Of a stretch of 38,778 bases of DNA, positions 1 to 9,050 are shown piece by piece. This stretch comes from a virus (lineage: Duplodnaviria; Caudoviricetes): positions 1 to 38,778 of IMG/VR virus record IMGVR_UViG_3300012347_000380; one strand, given 5' to 3'. The notes beneath the pieces are model-generated. The model saw only the letters and a list, made by a program, of their open reading frames with translations, did no database searches and was not told where the DNA came from. Numbering within the stretch: position 1 is the first letter of the stretch; the number at the start of each line of letters is the position of its first letter. Both the position numbers and the translations under genes were made by a program.

Positions 1-77
1 AATCCGGCGTGAACGAGAACAGTAACGGCAACGCGCTGGCGTTCATTTGCCAATCATTCAACCGTGCCAATCCATGA
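1..77 (+). CDS. 3' end of a gene truncated by the window start (possibly a ParB-like N-terminal domain protein)
   Basis: Open frame from nt 3 reads SGVNENSNGNALAFICQSFNRANP*, with TGA at 75-77 overlapping the next ATG (74). The NENSNGNAL tail resembles, from recall, phage ParB-domain proteins found upstream of mom-like genes. Confidence 0.45.
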   Translation, partial: SGVNENSNGNALAFICQSFNRANP

Positions 78-202
78 GCGCTAAGGACATCATCATCAAG
101 CCAATCAAACGCGGTGACAGCATGGGTGGCCATGCGCCGGGCCTCCAGCCCGGAGAAGGCGGTTCGACTCCGACCTCACCGCTCCAGCCGCCTGACGCAT
201 GA
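74..202 (+). pseudogene. 42-aa ORF, probable internally deleted Mom-family adenine-modification gene remnant
   Basis: Reads MSAKDIIIKPI-KRGDSMGGHAPGLQPGEGGSTPTSPLQPPDA*, coupled by ATGA overlaps at both ends (74-77, 199-202). The N- and C-terminal peptides resemble, from recall, the two ends of phage Mom-like proteins, with no catalytic core between them. Confidence 0.5.
111..186 (+). tRNA. atypical tRNA-Gly(TCC)-like RNA
   Basis: Acceptor GCGGTGA/TCACCGC, D-stem GCAT/ATGC, anticodon stem CCGGG/CCCGG with loop CCTCCAG (TCC at 144-146), T-loop TTCGACT, T-stem GGCGG/CCG(A)CC with a bulged A, discriminator T and encoded CCA; 76 nt. Confidence 0.8.
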
Positions 203-828
203 GTAAGTCCGACACCAAGTCCCCAACCGTTGACGTCGGCACGCTCGCCAAGTTGTTTAACGTTACCGAAGTATGGATTCAACGACTGGCAAAAGAAGGT
301 GTCATCGTAAAGGCCACGCATGGCAAGTATGAGCTGTGGCCGTCAATCAAAGGGTTCATCAAGCACCTTCAAGATCGCAAGACCAACCAGTGGGACGGGG
401 ACGAAGACGACGGGTATGAAGAGCACCGGGCACGGCTCACGAAGGCAAAGGCCGACATTGCCGAGATCGAAGCAGACCTCCGCAAGGCACAGGTCCACGA
501 CGCCGGGGCCGTCATGGCCGTGTGGGCCGACATGATTTCCAACGCGAAGGCGAAACTGTTGTCGATGCCGACGACGCTCGCCGGTCGCGTCCACGGCGAA
601 GAATCCCTCGAAGCAATCCGGAACCTCATCGAGGAGGCCGTCACCCAAGCACTCAACGAACTCGCCGAATATGATCCGAGCCTCGCTACCGACCGATACG
701 TTCAGAGTCATAGCGGCTCTGTGGAAGCCGCCACCGAAATGGACGACCTCGGAATGGGCGGACAACCGCCGCCGCCTAAGCAGCGAAAGCAGCGCAGAGC
801 CCGGGCAATGGAGGACGAGCCGGGCTGA
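199..828 (+). CDS. terS: terminase small subunit (lambda Nu1-like)
   Basis: N-terminal winged HTH (LAKLFNVTEVWIQRLAKEGVI), coiled coil (ERARLTKAKAD-like segment), and position directly before TerL. Confidence 0.85.
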   Translation: MSKSDTKSPTVDVGTLAKLFNVTEVWIQRLAKEGVIVKATHGKYELWPSIKGFIKHLQDRKTNQWDGDEDDGYEEHRARLTKAKADIAEIEADLRKAQVHDAGAVMAVWADMISNAKAKLLSMPTTLAGRVHGEESLEAIRNLIEEAVTQALNELAEYDPSLATDRYVQSHSGSVEAATEMDDLGMGGQPPPPKQRKQRRARAMEDEPG

Positions 829-2635
829 GTATCAGCGCGGGATCATGGACGCTCCCCACGAACCGGGGGTGAAGCGGACCATCGTCATGTCGTCGGCTCA
901 GGTCGGCAAGACCGAGATCGTCAACAACACGCTCGGGTATCACATCGACCACGACCCGTGCCCTACGCTGGTCGTCCAGCCGACAATCGACATGGCCGAG
1001 ACGTGGTCCAAAGACCGGCTCGCCCCGATGATCCGCGACACTCCCGCCGTCCGCGAGAAGGTCAAGGGCGTGAAGTCTCGCGACTCGGGCAACACGATCC
1101 TCCACAAGACTTTCCCGGGTGGTCACGTCACAGCCGCAGGCGCAAACGCCCCGGCCTCGCTCGCATCGCGACCGGTGCGCCTGGTGCTCTGCGACGAGAT
1201 CGACCGTTACCCTCCATCGGCCGGCACTGAAGGCGACCCGGTCAAGCTCGCCGAGAAGCGGGCGAACACGTTCTGGAACCGGAAGATCATCCTCGTCTCG
1301 ACTCCCACCGTGAAGGGATCGAGCCGGATCGAATCCGAGTGGGAGCTGTCCGACAAGCGGCGGTTTCACGTGCCCTGCCCGCGATGCCAGACCGAGCACG
1401 TCCTGTCATGGGGCAACGTCCGTTTCGAGAAGGAGAACCCATCCGCCGCCCGGATGATTTGCCCGTCCTGCGATTGGGAGTTCTCGAACGCTCAGAAGAA
1501 CGCGGCGGTCCGTCGCGGCCGGTGGATCGCGACCGCGCCGTTCAAGGGCATCGCAGGGTTCCACATCAACGAGCTCTACTCGCCGTGGAAGACCATTGCC
1601 GAGGTCGTCGAGGATTTCCTCGAAGCGAAGAACGACCCGCTGAAGCTCCAGGTATGGGTGAACACGTCGCTCGGCGAAACGTGGGAAGGTGGGGCCGAGG
1701 TCGTCACCGAACACGAACTCATGGAGCGGGTGGAGAACTACGCCGCCGAGGTTCCGGCCCGTGGTTTGTTCCTCACCATCGGTGCCGACGTCCAGCCGAA
1801 CCGGATCGAGATGGAGGTCGTCGCATGGGGATCAGGCGAGGAATCTTGGAGCATCGACTACCACGTGATCGAGGGAGACGTGGACATTCCCGAGGGATCG
1901 CCGAACAGCCCGTGGAACGACTTCACCGACTACGTCCGGAAGCGGTGGCGTCACGAGAGCGGGGTGGACCTTGCCGTTTCCTACACGTTCATCGACTCGG
2001 GAGGAACGGATGGCGCCACGCAGTCGGTCTACAACTACGTGAAGCGACATCGGGGAGACCGCATCTTTGCGATCAAGGGCCGGGGCGGTGATGGACTGCC
2101 CATCGTCGGGCCACCGAACCGGAAGCGGTCCGGCAAGGCGAAGCGCCCGGTGGACCTCTACATCATAGGCACCGACACGACGAAGAGCGTGGTCATGCGT
2201 CGCCTGAAGCAGGCCGACCCCGGCCCGGGGTATTGCCACTTCCCGGCAGGCCGCGACGTCGAGTGGTTCCGCCAGCTCACCGCTGAACGCCCGGTCACGA
2301 AGTTCGTGAAGGGGTTCCGCAAGACCACATTCGAGAAGCCAGACAAGGACCGGCGCAACGAGGCGTTTGACTGCCGGTGCTACGCGTTTGCAGCGTTTGT
2401 GATGGCCGCTCCTCAGCTCGACAAGATCGCATACCGGATCAAAAAGCAGGCCGCAGAGAAGCCCGCTCCAGCTCCAGCGAAGCCGCGCACGCCCGGTGAA
2501 GTGGTGGCCGCGCTGCATGAGGTCCTGAAACCAGCACCCGACAAAACCACGCTCGACCCAACCCCACCCCCCGAGGATAGTCCGAAGAAGCCGCGACGGG
2601 CCAAACGACGCGGAGGCTTCATCCGAAACTGGTGA
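671..2635 (+). CDS. terL: terminase large subunit (lambda GpA family)
   Basis: SEWAD...SSAEPGQWRT N-terminus, Walker A SAQVGKT, Walker B LCDEID, STPT motif, CPRC/CPSC zinc site and C-terminal RNEAFDC nuclease motif. Confidence 0.95.
   Translation: MIRASLPTDTFRVIAALWKPPPKWTTSEWADNRRRLSSESSAEPGQWRTSRAEYQRGIMDAPHEPGVKRTIVMSSAQVGKTEIVNNTLGYHIDHDPCPTLVVQPTIDMAETWSKDRLAPMIRDTPAVREKVKGVKSRDSGNTILHKTFPGGHVTAAGANAPASLASRPVRLVLCDEIDRYPPSAGTEGDPVKLAEKRANTFWNRKIILVSTPTVKGSSRIESEWELSDKRRFHVPCPRCQTEHVLSWGNVRFEKENPSAARMICPSCDWEFSNAQKNAAVRRGRWIATAPFKGIAGFHINELYSPWKTIAEVVEDFLEAKNDPLKLQVWVNTSLGETWEGGAEVVTEHELMERVENYAAEVPARGLFLTIGADVQPNRIEMEVVAWGSGEESWSIDYHVIEGDVDIPEGSPNSPWNDFTDYVRKRWRHESGVDLAVSYTFIDSGGTDGATQSVYNYVKRHRGDRIFAIKGRGGDGLPIVGPPNRKRSGKAKRPVDLYIIGTDTTKSVVMRRLKQADPGPGYCHFPAGRDVEWFRQLTAERPVTKFVKGFRKTTFEKPDKDRRNEAFDCRCYAFAAFVMAAPQLDKIAYRIKKQAAEKPAPAPAKPRTPGEVVAALHEVLKPAPDKTTLDPTPPPEDSPKKPRRAKRRGGFIRNW
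2540..2583 (+). promoter_or_regulatory. late-promoter motif copy 1 (inside terL 3' end)
   Basis: GACAAAACCACGCTCGACC at 2540-2558, matching three intergenic copies; the -10 position is divergent (GATAGT). Confidence 0.55.
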
Positions 2636-2636
2636 C

Positions 2637-3116
2637 ATGATCAAAGGGGAGACGCTCAAAATTCAGGTGACCGATGCGCTGGCAACGGCCGTCGAGTTCC
2701 GCTTTGGGGGCCCTCAGACCCGAACCATCGCAGGCACGAAGAGCGGCGACGATTGGACAGGCACGCAGTCAACCGCCGCATGGACCGCAGGTTTCTACGA
2801 GTGGCAGGCATGGGCAACCTACGCCGACGCATCGGTCGCGGTTATCGACCGCGGCAACTTCCCTCTCGAAGATTCGCTCGCCGTCGGGGATCGCCGGTCG
2901 GTCGCAAAACAGAACATCGACGCGATCAACTCGATGCTCACCGGCAACGCCGCCGAGGGAGTGCGTCGATACAAGATCAACAACCGCGAGCTTGAACGCT
3001 ATTCGGTGGCCGAGCTGTTGCAACTCCTCTCCTACTGGAAAGCCGAGCTGAAGAAGGAGGAACGCGCCGAGGCCGGACGCTCCACCCTCGGCCCTCGAAT
3101 CGCTGTCCGTTTCTAA
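2637..3116 (+). CDS. head completion / head-tail joining protein (gpW-like C-terminus)
   Basis: Lies between TerL and portal; C-terminal RYKINNRELERYSVAELLQL is typical of gpW-like adaptors. Confidence 0.7.
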   Translation: MIKGETLKIQVTDALATAVEFRFGGPQTRTIAGTKSGDDWTGTQSTAAWTAGFYEWQAWATYADASVAVIDRGNFPLEDSLAVGDRRSVAKQNIDAINSMLTGNAAEGVRRYKINNRELERYSVAELLQLLSYWKAELKKEERAEAGRSTLGPRIAVRF

Positions 3117-3120
3117 CCTC

Positions 3121-4707
3121 ATGGGAATTCTCGACCGCATCCTGAAACGCTCGTCCGGTTACGCGCACCCAACCGTGCCGACGCCGGAAGCACCGCGCCC
3201 GGTCATGACCGCTCTTCCTCCTCGCCGGTCGGCTGAGGGCAACGTCGCGGTCACACCGACGCCCGACAAGCGCATTCCCATGAAGCGCATCATGCAGGCC
3301 GCAGGAACCGGCAGGCTGGAACAGTCGTGGACGTCCACTCCGACGACCGTTGACTCGTGGATTTACCAGCACTGGAACACGCTGGTCGCACGCAGCCGCG
3401 AGCAGGCTGAGAACAACGACCACGCGAAGAAGTTCGTCCAGCTCTGCCGCGACAACATCGCAGGCCCGAACGGGTTTGTCCTCATGGCGAACATCAAGGA
3501 CCCGAACGGGGCCGTCGACAAGCTCGCATCCGACGCCATCGAAGACGCGTTTAAACGCTTCTCGAAGCGGGGCAAGTTCACGGTCTGCAAGGGGCTGAGC
3601 CGCCAAGCAACGGAGCGACTGATCGCCTCGACCTTGGCAAAGGACGGCGAGTTCATCGCCATCGCCCGCTACGGGAAAAACCTCAACGAGTTCGGCTTCG
3701 CAATCCAGATCATCGATCCGGTGTTGCTGGATCCAACCCACTACGTGGACCTCGGCAACGGGAACACCATCCGCCACGGCATCGAGTTTGACTCGAACGG
3801 TGCGCCGGTCGCCTACCACTTCCGCAAGATGGACGAGCGGCAGATGGGATACATCACCGGCATGACTCGGGACACCGACCGCGTGCCGGCCGAGAACGTC
3901 TGCCACGTCATGCTTCCCGAGATCGTCGGTCAAAAGCGTGGACTCCCCTGGATGCGCACCGCGTTGTGGCGCATGCGGATGCTCGGCGGGTTCGAGGACG
4001 CCGCTCTCGTCAACGCCCGCGTGGGTGCCGCGAAGATGGGGTTCTTCCGCAATCAGGACGGCGACGACGTGGAGGCCGACGAGCTTCCGCTGGACGGCGA
4101 CCCCGGCACGTTCGAGGACATCGGCAACCGGGAGTTCGTGCAGTTCTCCCCGCAGTTCCCCGAGCAGACAATCGACCCCTTCACGAAGTCGATGCTCCGC
4201 AGCATCGCCTCGGGCCTCAGCGTCTCCTACAACAATCTCGCGTCCGACCTGACGTCGGTCAATTTCTCCTCCATCCGGCAGGGTGCTCTCGACGAGCGCG
4301 AAGTCTGGAAGGGTCTGCAAGAACTCCTCATCGAGCAGTGGTCCGAGTGGGTCTATGACCGGTGGCTCCAGCGTGCGCTCGTGGCGAACGCGATCACCGT
4401 CGCGGGCAAACCGCTCCGGTTCGACCGCCTCGAAAAATACCGCGCCGTCTCATGGCAGGGCCGTCGTTGGGGCTGGATCGATCCGCAGGCCGAGATGGCC
4501 GCGAACGAGAAAGCAATCGCGATGCGCATCAAGACCCGCTCCGAGGTCATCCGCGAAACCTCAGGCCGCGACGGTGGCGACGTGTGGGCCGAGTTCTCCC
4601 GTGACGATTCCGACATGGCAGCGTTCGGCGTAACTCCCGAGCCGCCGCCCGGATCGCCGATCACCGCCGCTCCACCTCCTAACAACTCGAACGATCAAAC
4701 AGAATGA
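3121..4707 (+). CDS. portal protein, lambda family
   Basis: LVARSRE...NN, GQKRGLPW, VNFSSIRQG and WGWIDP motifs; 528 aa. Confidence 0.95.
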   Translation: MGILDRILKRSSGYAHPTVPTPEAPRPVMTALPPRRSAEGNVAVTPTPDKRIPMKRIMQAAGTGRLEQSWTSTPTTVDSWIYQHWNTLVARSREQAENNDHAKKFVQLCRDNIAGPNGFVLMANIKDPNGAVDKLASDAIEDAFKRFSKRGKFTVCKGLSRQATERLIASTLAKDGEFIAIARYGKNLNEFGFAIQIIDPVLLDPTHYVDLGNGNTIRHGIEFDSNGAPVAYHFRKMDERQMGYITGMTRDTDRVPAENVCHVMLPEIVGQKRGLPWMRTALWRMRMLGGFEDAALVNARVGAAKMGFFRNQDGDDVEADELPLDGDPGTFEDIGNREFVQFSPQFPEQTIDPFTKSMLRSIASGLSVSYNNLASDLTSVNFSSIRQGALDEREVWKGLQELLIEQWSEWVYDRWLQRALVANAITVAGKPLRFDRLEKYRAVSWQGRRWGWIDPQAEMAANEKAIAMRIKTRSEVIRETSGRDGGDVWAEFSRDDSDMAAFGVTPEPPPGSPITAAPPPNNSNDQTE

Positions 4708-4994
4708 GAACTCCGAATCCCTCTCAGGCTCACGCCTCAATCTCCACGACCGGCACCGCCTCGACGCTGGCGACGCTCGGCTACACCATCCATGCGAAGA
4801 CCGCGACCTTGCTCGTGCAGGCAGTCGGAGGCGACGTGCGCATGACATTGAACGGAACAAACCCGACGGCGTCGCTCGGGATTAAGATCGCCGACGGCAC
4901 CAGCATTGAACTTGGGGTAGACGAAGCCAACGTCGCAAAGTTCATCACGGGGGCATCCTCGCCGAAGCTCGAAATCGCCGCTTACGTTCTATGA
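4704..4994 (+). CDS. hypothetical small beta-rich virion-associated protein
   Basis: 96 aa, ATGA-coupled to the portal gene and to the next gene. Confidence 0.6.
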   Translation: MRTPNPSQAHASISTTGTASTLATLGYTIHAKTATLLVQAVGGDVRMTLNGTNPTASLGIKIADGTSIELGVDEANVAKFITGASSPKLEIAAYVL

Positions 4995-6304
4995 TTTTCC
5001 AGCCTCCAATCTTCCGGCCCGGGCTATTGCAATCGCCGCTCGCAGTTGGGCGTATCGCGGCTGACTTAGCATTTAATCCGTTGAGCTTGGTTCCGTTTGC
5101 TTGGTATGACTCAAGCAAAGCCACGTCTCTTTATGATGCGACAACAGGCGGGAGCGTCGTGGCTGCAAACGGAACAGTTCGTCGATGGGAGGACCTATCA
5201 GGGAATTCACGGCACCTCACGCAAGCTGGTAACGCTCCGACACTGACGGAAACCAGCGGGCTGCGTGGCGTTCTTTTCGATGGTGCGGATGACGCCATCG
5301 GTCGCGCTGCAACGGCCTCCGCTTTGCCCGTTACAGTTTATTGCTGTTGGTCGCCGGTAAGTCACACGATCAACGATTCAGTTTGGGACCTTAGAACCAG
5401 CGGAGCGGGGCCTATTTTCCGGCAAGCCGGATCGGCACAAATGGCGGTTAATGGGTCGACGTTATGCGGTCGAGTTCCCCTTTCAATCCCATCGCACGGA
5501 ACACACAAAACCACCGGGACCACGATTGCAGCAAAGATCAATCGTGGCGCGTTCATTTCAGTCACCCAAGCCAACTCTAACGGTTCCGTTATTTGGATGG
5601 CGTCAAGCGGCGGAAGCGCAAGTTTCGGGAATGTCCGCATCCACGAAATGATTTTAGTGTCTGGATCAACGCCGTCCGACACCACTGATGCCGCCGTTGC
5701 CGCATATTTTGAGCGGAAATGGGGCATGACCCGCCCGCGCCTCATGGTCGATGGGAACTCTCTAAGCTCCGGCGGGACTTCGCTTCCCGTGGCCGACGTA
5801 TGGCCAACAATTCTTGCTCCGGAAATCGCCGATTGGGACGTAGTGAATTGGGCAGTCCAAGGCCAAAACATTACCTCCATGGCATCGGATGCGGCGATGG
5901 AATTTGGACGCCAACCAATCCCAACCCGTGCAAAAAATGTCCTCGTTGCGTGGGAGGGCCCAAACCAAATCTCGTCGGGAGCTTCAGCCAATGGAACAGC
6001 CGCCGCAGCCGCGATGAAGTCTTACTGCCAAGCTCGCCAGGCAGAGGGTTACTATGTCATTTGCGCGACCATGCTACCCGCGAACGTAGTCAGCGAGGCA
6101 AATTACAACGCCTTTAATACGGCATTGCGAGACACCCCTGCGAGCTATTGCAACGCGCTGGTCGACCTAGCCGCCAACGCAACAATTGGCGTATGGGGCT
6201 CGCAAACAAATTTGACCTACTACAACGCGGATGCCCTTCATCTAACTGCTGCCGGGCAACTAATTGTGAAGGACCTTTTCAAGGCCGCTGTTCTTGCCTC
6301 CTGA
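4991..6304 (+). CDS. LamG/lectin-like N-domain plus SGNH/GDSL hydrolase domain protein
   Basis: WYDSS...VRRWEDLSGNSRHLTQ and VLFDGADD N-domain; SGNH blocks DGNSLS, AVQGQ, WEGPN and DALHLT. Visibly more A/T-rich codon usage than its neighbours. Confidence 0.75.
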   Translation: MIFQPPIFRPGLLQSPLAVGRIAADLAFNPLSLVPFAWYDSSKATSLYDATTGGSVVAANGTVRRWEDLSGNSRHLTQAGNAPTLTETSGLRGVLFDGADDAIGRAATASALPVTVYCCWSPVSHTINDSVWDLRTSGAGPIFRQAGSAQMAVNGSTLCGRVPLSIPSHGTHKTTGTTIAAKINRGAFISVTQANSNGSVIWMASSGGSASFGNVRIHEMILVSGSTPSDTTDAAVAAYFERKWGMTRPRLMVDGNSLSSGGTSLPVADVWPTILAPEIADWDVVNWAVQGQNITSMASDAAMEFGRQPIPTRAKNVLVAWEGPNQISSGASANGTAAAAAMKSYCQARQAEGYYVICATMLPANVVSEANYNAFNTALRDTPASYCNALVDLAANATIGVWGSQTNLTYYNADALHLTAAGQLIVKDLFKAAVLAS

Positions 6305-6352
6305 CAGAACCACGCTCGACCATAGCAGGACACCGCGCCTAACGTCCCACCA
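6303..6352 (+). promoter_or_regulatory. late-promoter motif copy 2 (capsid operon)
   Basis: GACAGAACCACGCTCGACC-N18-TAACGTCCC, with ATG 7 nt after TAACGT. Confidence 0.8.
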
Positions 6353-8407
6353 ATGAGGCCACGCCCATACAATCCGTTCGCGCTCTTCGCCACGCTCACG
6401 CGTGACGGTGGAGGTTCCGCGAAGCAGGCCCCGACGCCCGACGGCGACATGGTCTATCGGATGTTCGGCGTGGAACCCGACACGATCAACAAGGACAAGC
6501 GAACCGCCGAGTTCTCGTTCTCCTCCGACATTGAGCTGGAACGCTGGCCCGGTGTCATCGAAGTGCTCAGCCACGATGCCGGGGCCGTCGATCTTTCGCG
6601 CCTCCGCAGTGGCGCTCCCCTTTTATTCAATCACTCCCCCGACGATTACGTCGGTGTCGTAGAATCCGCGAATATCGGAGCGGACCGGAAAGGCCGGTGC
6701 GTTGTCCGATTCTCGGAAAACGAAGACGCCGATAAAATCTGGCGAGACGTGCAGGCCGGAATCCTGAGGAACGTCTCTGTCGGCTATCGCATCAAGGAGG
6801 TGAAACTCACCGAAGAGCGTGAGAATGGCACGGACGTCTACACGGTCGCGAAATGGGAACCTTACGAGGTCTCCATCGTCACGATCCCTGCGGACATCTC
6901 TGTCGGAATTGGCCGCAACGCCCGTTCGCTCTTCACCAAGCCTGACAACTCCTCACACAGAAACATCATGAATCGCGCACAGATCATCGCCATGCTCCGT
7001 CAGCTCAACGTCTCGTTCGCCGAGACCGCGACCGACGACGAGCTTTCCGCTCTGCTTCAGCGTTCGCTTCCCGCGAACCCTCCGCAGCCCGCACCCACCC
7101 CTGCCCCGACCGCTCAGCGTTCCGTGCAGGTCGTCAACGAGCCCACCGCCGCCGACGGCACCAAGACCGAGCGCGACCGCGTCCGCTCGATCTTCGAAGC
7201 TGGTCGCCAGTATGATGCTCAGGACCTCGCTCAGGATGCCGTCGAAAAAGGCCAAACCCTGGAGCAGTTCCGCACCGCTCTCGTCGATCACCTCGACAAG
7301 CGCAACAAGGCCGTCGTCGATGGGACCAAACCCATCGGCATGAACGAGAAGGAAGCACGTGGGTTCTCCTTCATCAAACTCTTCCGCCACCTCGCCGCCG
7401 AGCCCGATCAGAAGGCCCGCACGCAGAAGGATTGCGAGTTCGAGCTTGAGGCCTGCCGCGCAGCCGCCGACCAGCTCACGCACCGCAGCGCCAAGGGCAC
7501 CGTCATTCCGACCGACGTCCTGCTCATGCCTCTCGCCGGTCAACGTGCCGACACCATCGTCGGTGCCAAGACCGCATCGGGCTACACCAACGCGGGCACG
7601 AACTCGATCCAGACGTTGCTCCTCACTTCGAGCTTCATTGACCTGCTCCGCAACCGCTCGTTCCTCATGCGTGTGGTGTCCGAGCTTGGTGGCCTCATCG
7701 GCAACGTCGACATTCCGAAGCAGCTCACCGGCCCTGCCGCAAGCTGGATCGGTGAAGACACCGCCGCCGAATCCACTGGCATCACGTTCGGTCTGGTGAG
7801 CCTCCGTCCGAAGACTCTCTCCGCACGCGGCGAGCTGACTCGGAAGTTGCTCATGCAGAACTCGCTCGGCGTGGAGGCACTCTTCCGCCGCGACCTCGCT
7901 CTGGTCATGGCACTGGAAATCGACCGCGCCGGTATCTACGGCACGAACGCCGACAACCAACCGAAAGGCCTCACCATTCAGTCGGGCATCAACACCGCCA
8001 CGTGGGCGACCGACAACAAGCCGACCTTCCCCGAGCTGGTGGCAATGGAAACCGAGATCGCGGCCGACAACGCCGACATCGATTCCATGGCCTACGTCTT
8101 GAACGCCCGCATGCGCGGTCACCTGAAGACCACTCGGAAGTTCAGCGACGGCCTCGACGGCACCATCTGGGAAGCTGGCAACACCGTGAACGGCTACCGG
8201 ACCGAAGTCTCCAACGCCATTACGACCGGCGACGTGATCTTCGGTAACTGGCAGGACATGTTGCTCGGCATGTGGGGCGGTCTCGACGTGACTGTCGATC
8301 CCTACACGCACAGCGACAAGGGCCGCATCCGCATCACTCAGTTCCAGGACGTGGACTTCACGATCCGCCGCGCTGAGAGCTTCAGCTACTTCAGCACCGG
8401 AGTCTGA
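6353..8407 (+). CDS. HK97-type prohead protease fused to major capsid protein
   Basis: Protease motifs LLFNH, NVSVGY and WEPYEVSIV in the first ~190 aa, then a Pro-rich linker and an HK97-fold capsid (FIDLLRNRS, PKTLSA, PKGL, IFGNWQD, VDPYT). Confidence 0.92.
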   Translation: MRPRPYNPFALFATLTRDGGGSAKQAPTPDGDMVYRMFGVEPDTINKDKRTAEFSFSSDIELERWPGVIEVLSHDAGAVDLSRLRSGAPLLFNHSPDDYVGVVESANIGADRKGRCVVRFSENEDADKIWRDVQAGILRNVSVGYRIKEVKLTEERENGTDVYTVAKWEPYEVSIVTIPADISVGIGRNARSLFTKPDNSSHRNIMNRAQIIAMLRQLNVSFAETATDDELSALLQRSLPANPPQPAPTPAPTAQRSVQVVNEPTAADGTKTERDRVRSIFEAGRQYDAQDLAQDAVEKGQTLEQFRTALVDHLDKRNKAVVDGTKPIGMNEKEARGFSFIKLFRHLAAEPDQKARTQKDCEFELEACRAAADQLTHRSAKGTVIPTDVLLMPLAGQRADTIVGAKTASGYTNAGTNSIQTLLLTSSFIDLLRNRSFLMRVVSELGGLIGNVDIPKQLTGPAASWIGEDTAAESTGITFGLVSLRPKTLSARGELTRKLLMQNSLGVEALFRRDLALVMALEIDRAGIYGTNADNQPKGLTIQSGINTATWATDNKPTFPELVAMETEIAADNADIDSMAYVLNARMRGHLKTTRKFSDGLDGTIWEAGNTVNGYRTEVSNAITTGDVIFGNWQDMLLGMWGGLDVTVDPYTHSDKGRIRITQFQDVDFTIRRAESFSYFSTGV

Positions 8408-8434
8408 TCGACGCTGAGAGAATAATTCCCTTGA

Positions 8435-8465
8435 GGGGCGGGTGGGAGACTGCCCGCCCCTTTTT
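8435..8465 (+). terminator. intrinsic terminator after capsid gene
   Basis: GGGGCGGGTGG-GAGA-CTGCCCGCCCC followed by a T-tract. Confidence 0.85.
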
Positions 8466-8481
8466 GATAGAGCCAAACACC

Positions 8482-8754
8482 ATGAAAATCAGACTACTCA
8501 AGAACATCGGGATCGACGGGAAGCACACTCCCGCAGGATCAATCGTCGAGGTCCCTCACACACTCGCACTCGACCTGATCGGGGCACGCCGCGCCGTCCG
8601 CGAGGACGGAGAACCCGAGCCGACCGGAGGCGTCATCTCAACGGAGAACGGACTCGTCCCGTTTCCCGAAGAAGAAACGACCACCGAAGAACCAGCCGGT
8701 GACACCGAGCCCGAGCCCGCCAAGCCCGCCGACAAACCCAAGCGCGGAAAATGA
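8482..8754 (+). CDS. small head-associated protein
   Basis: MKIRLLKNIGIDGKHTPAGSIVEV...ALDLIGARRA with an acidic/Pro tail, typical of post-capsid genes; ATG at 8482. Confidence 0.65.
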   Translation: MKIRLLKNIGIDGKHTPAGSIVEVPHTLALDLIGARRAVREDGEPEPTGGVISTENGLVPFPEEETTTEEPAGDTEPEPAKPADKPKRGK

Positions 8755-9050
8755 TCAAGGACCCGTTGGCCGTATTCATCGCCGACTTCGCCGAAGACGA
8801 GGCAATCGTTTTCGAGTGGGAGGATGGCTCGAAGACCCTGAAGGGGATCTTCGACGACTCGTTCGTTGACGCGGCCACCGGGGAAACCGTCCTCGATACC
8901 ACGCAGCCGCGCATCACGGCGCTCTGGTCCGAGGCGCAGGTAATCCCGCGTGAGGCAATCGCCACGATCCGCGGGAAGGCCTACTCGGTGACGCTCGTCC
9001 AGCCCGACGGCACCGGGTTTGCCATCATCCAAATGACGCAGGAATCATGA
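8751..9050 (+). CDS. head-tail joining protein (lambda gpFII-like)
   Basis: KGIFD...YSVTLVQPDGTG motif and synteny. Confidence 0.75.
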   Translation: MIKDPLAVFIADFAEDEAIVFEWEDGSKTLKGIFDDSFVDAATGETVLDTTQPRITALWSEAQVIPREAIATIRGKAYSVTLVQPDGTGFAIIQMTQES

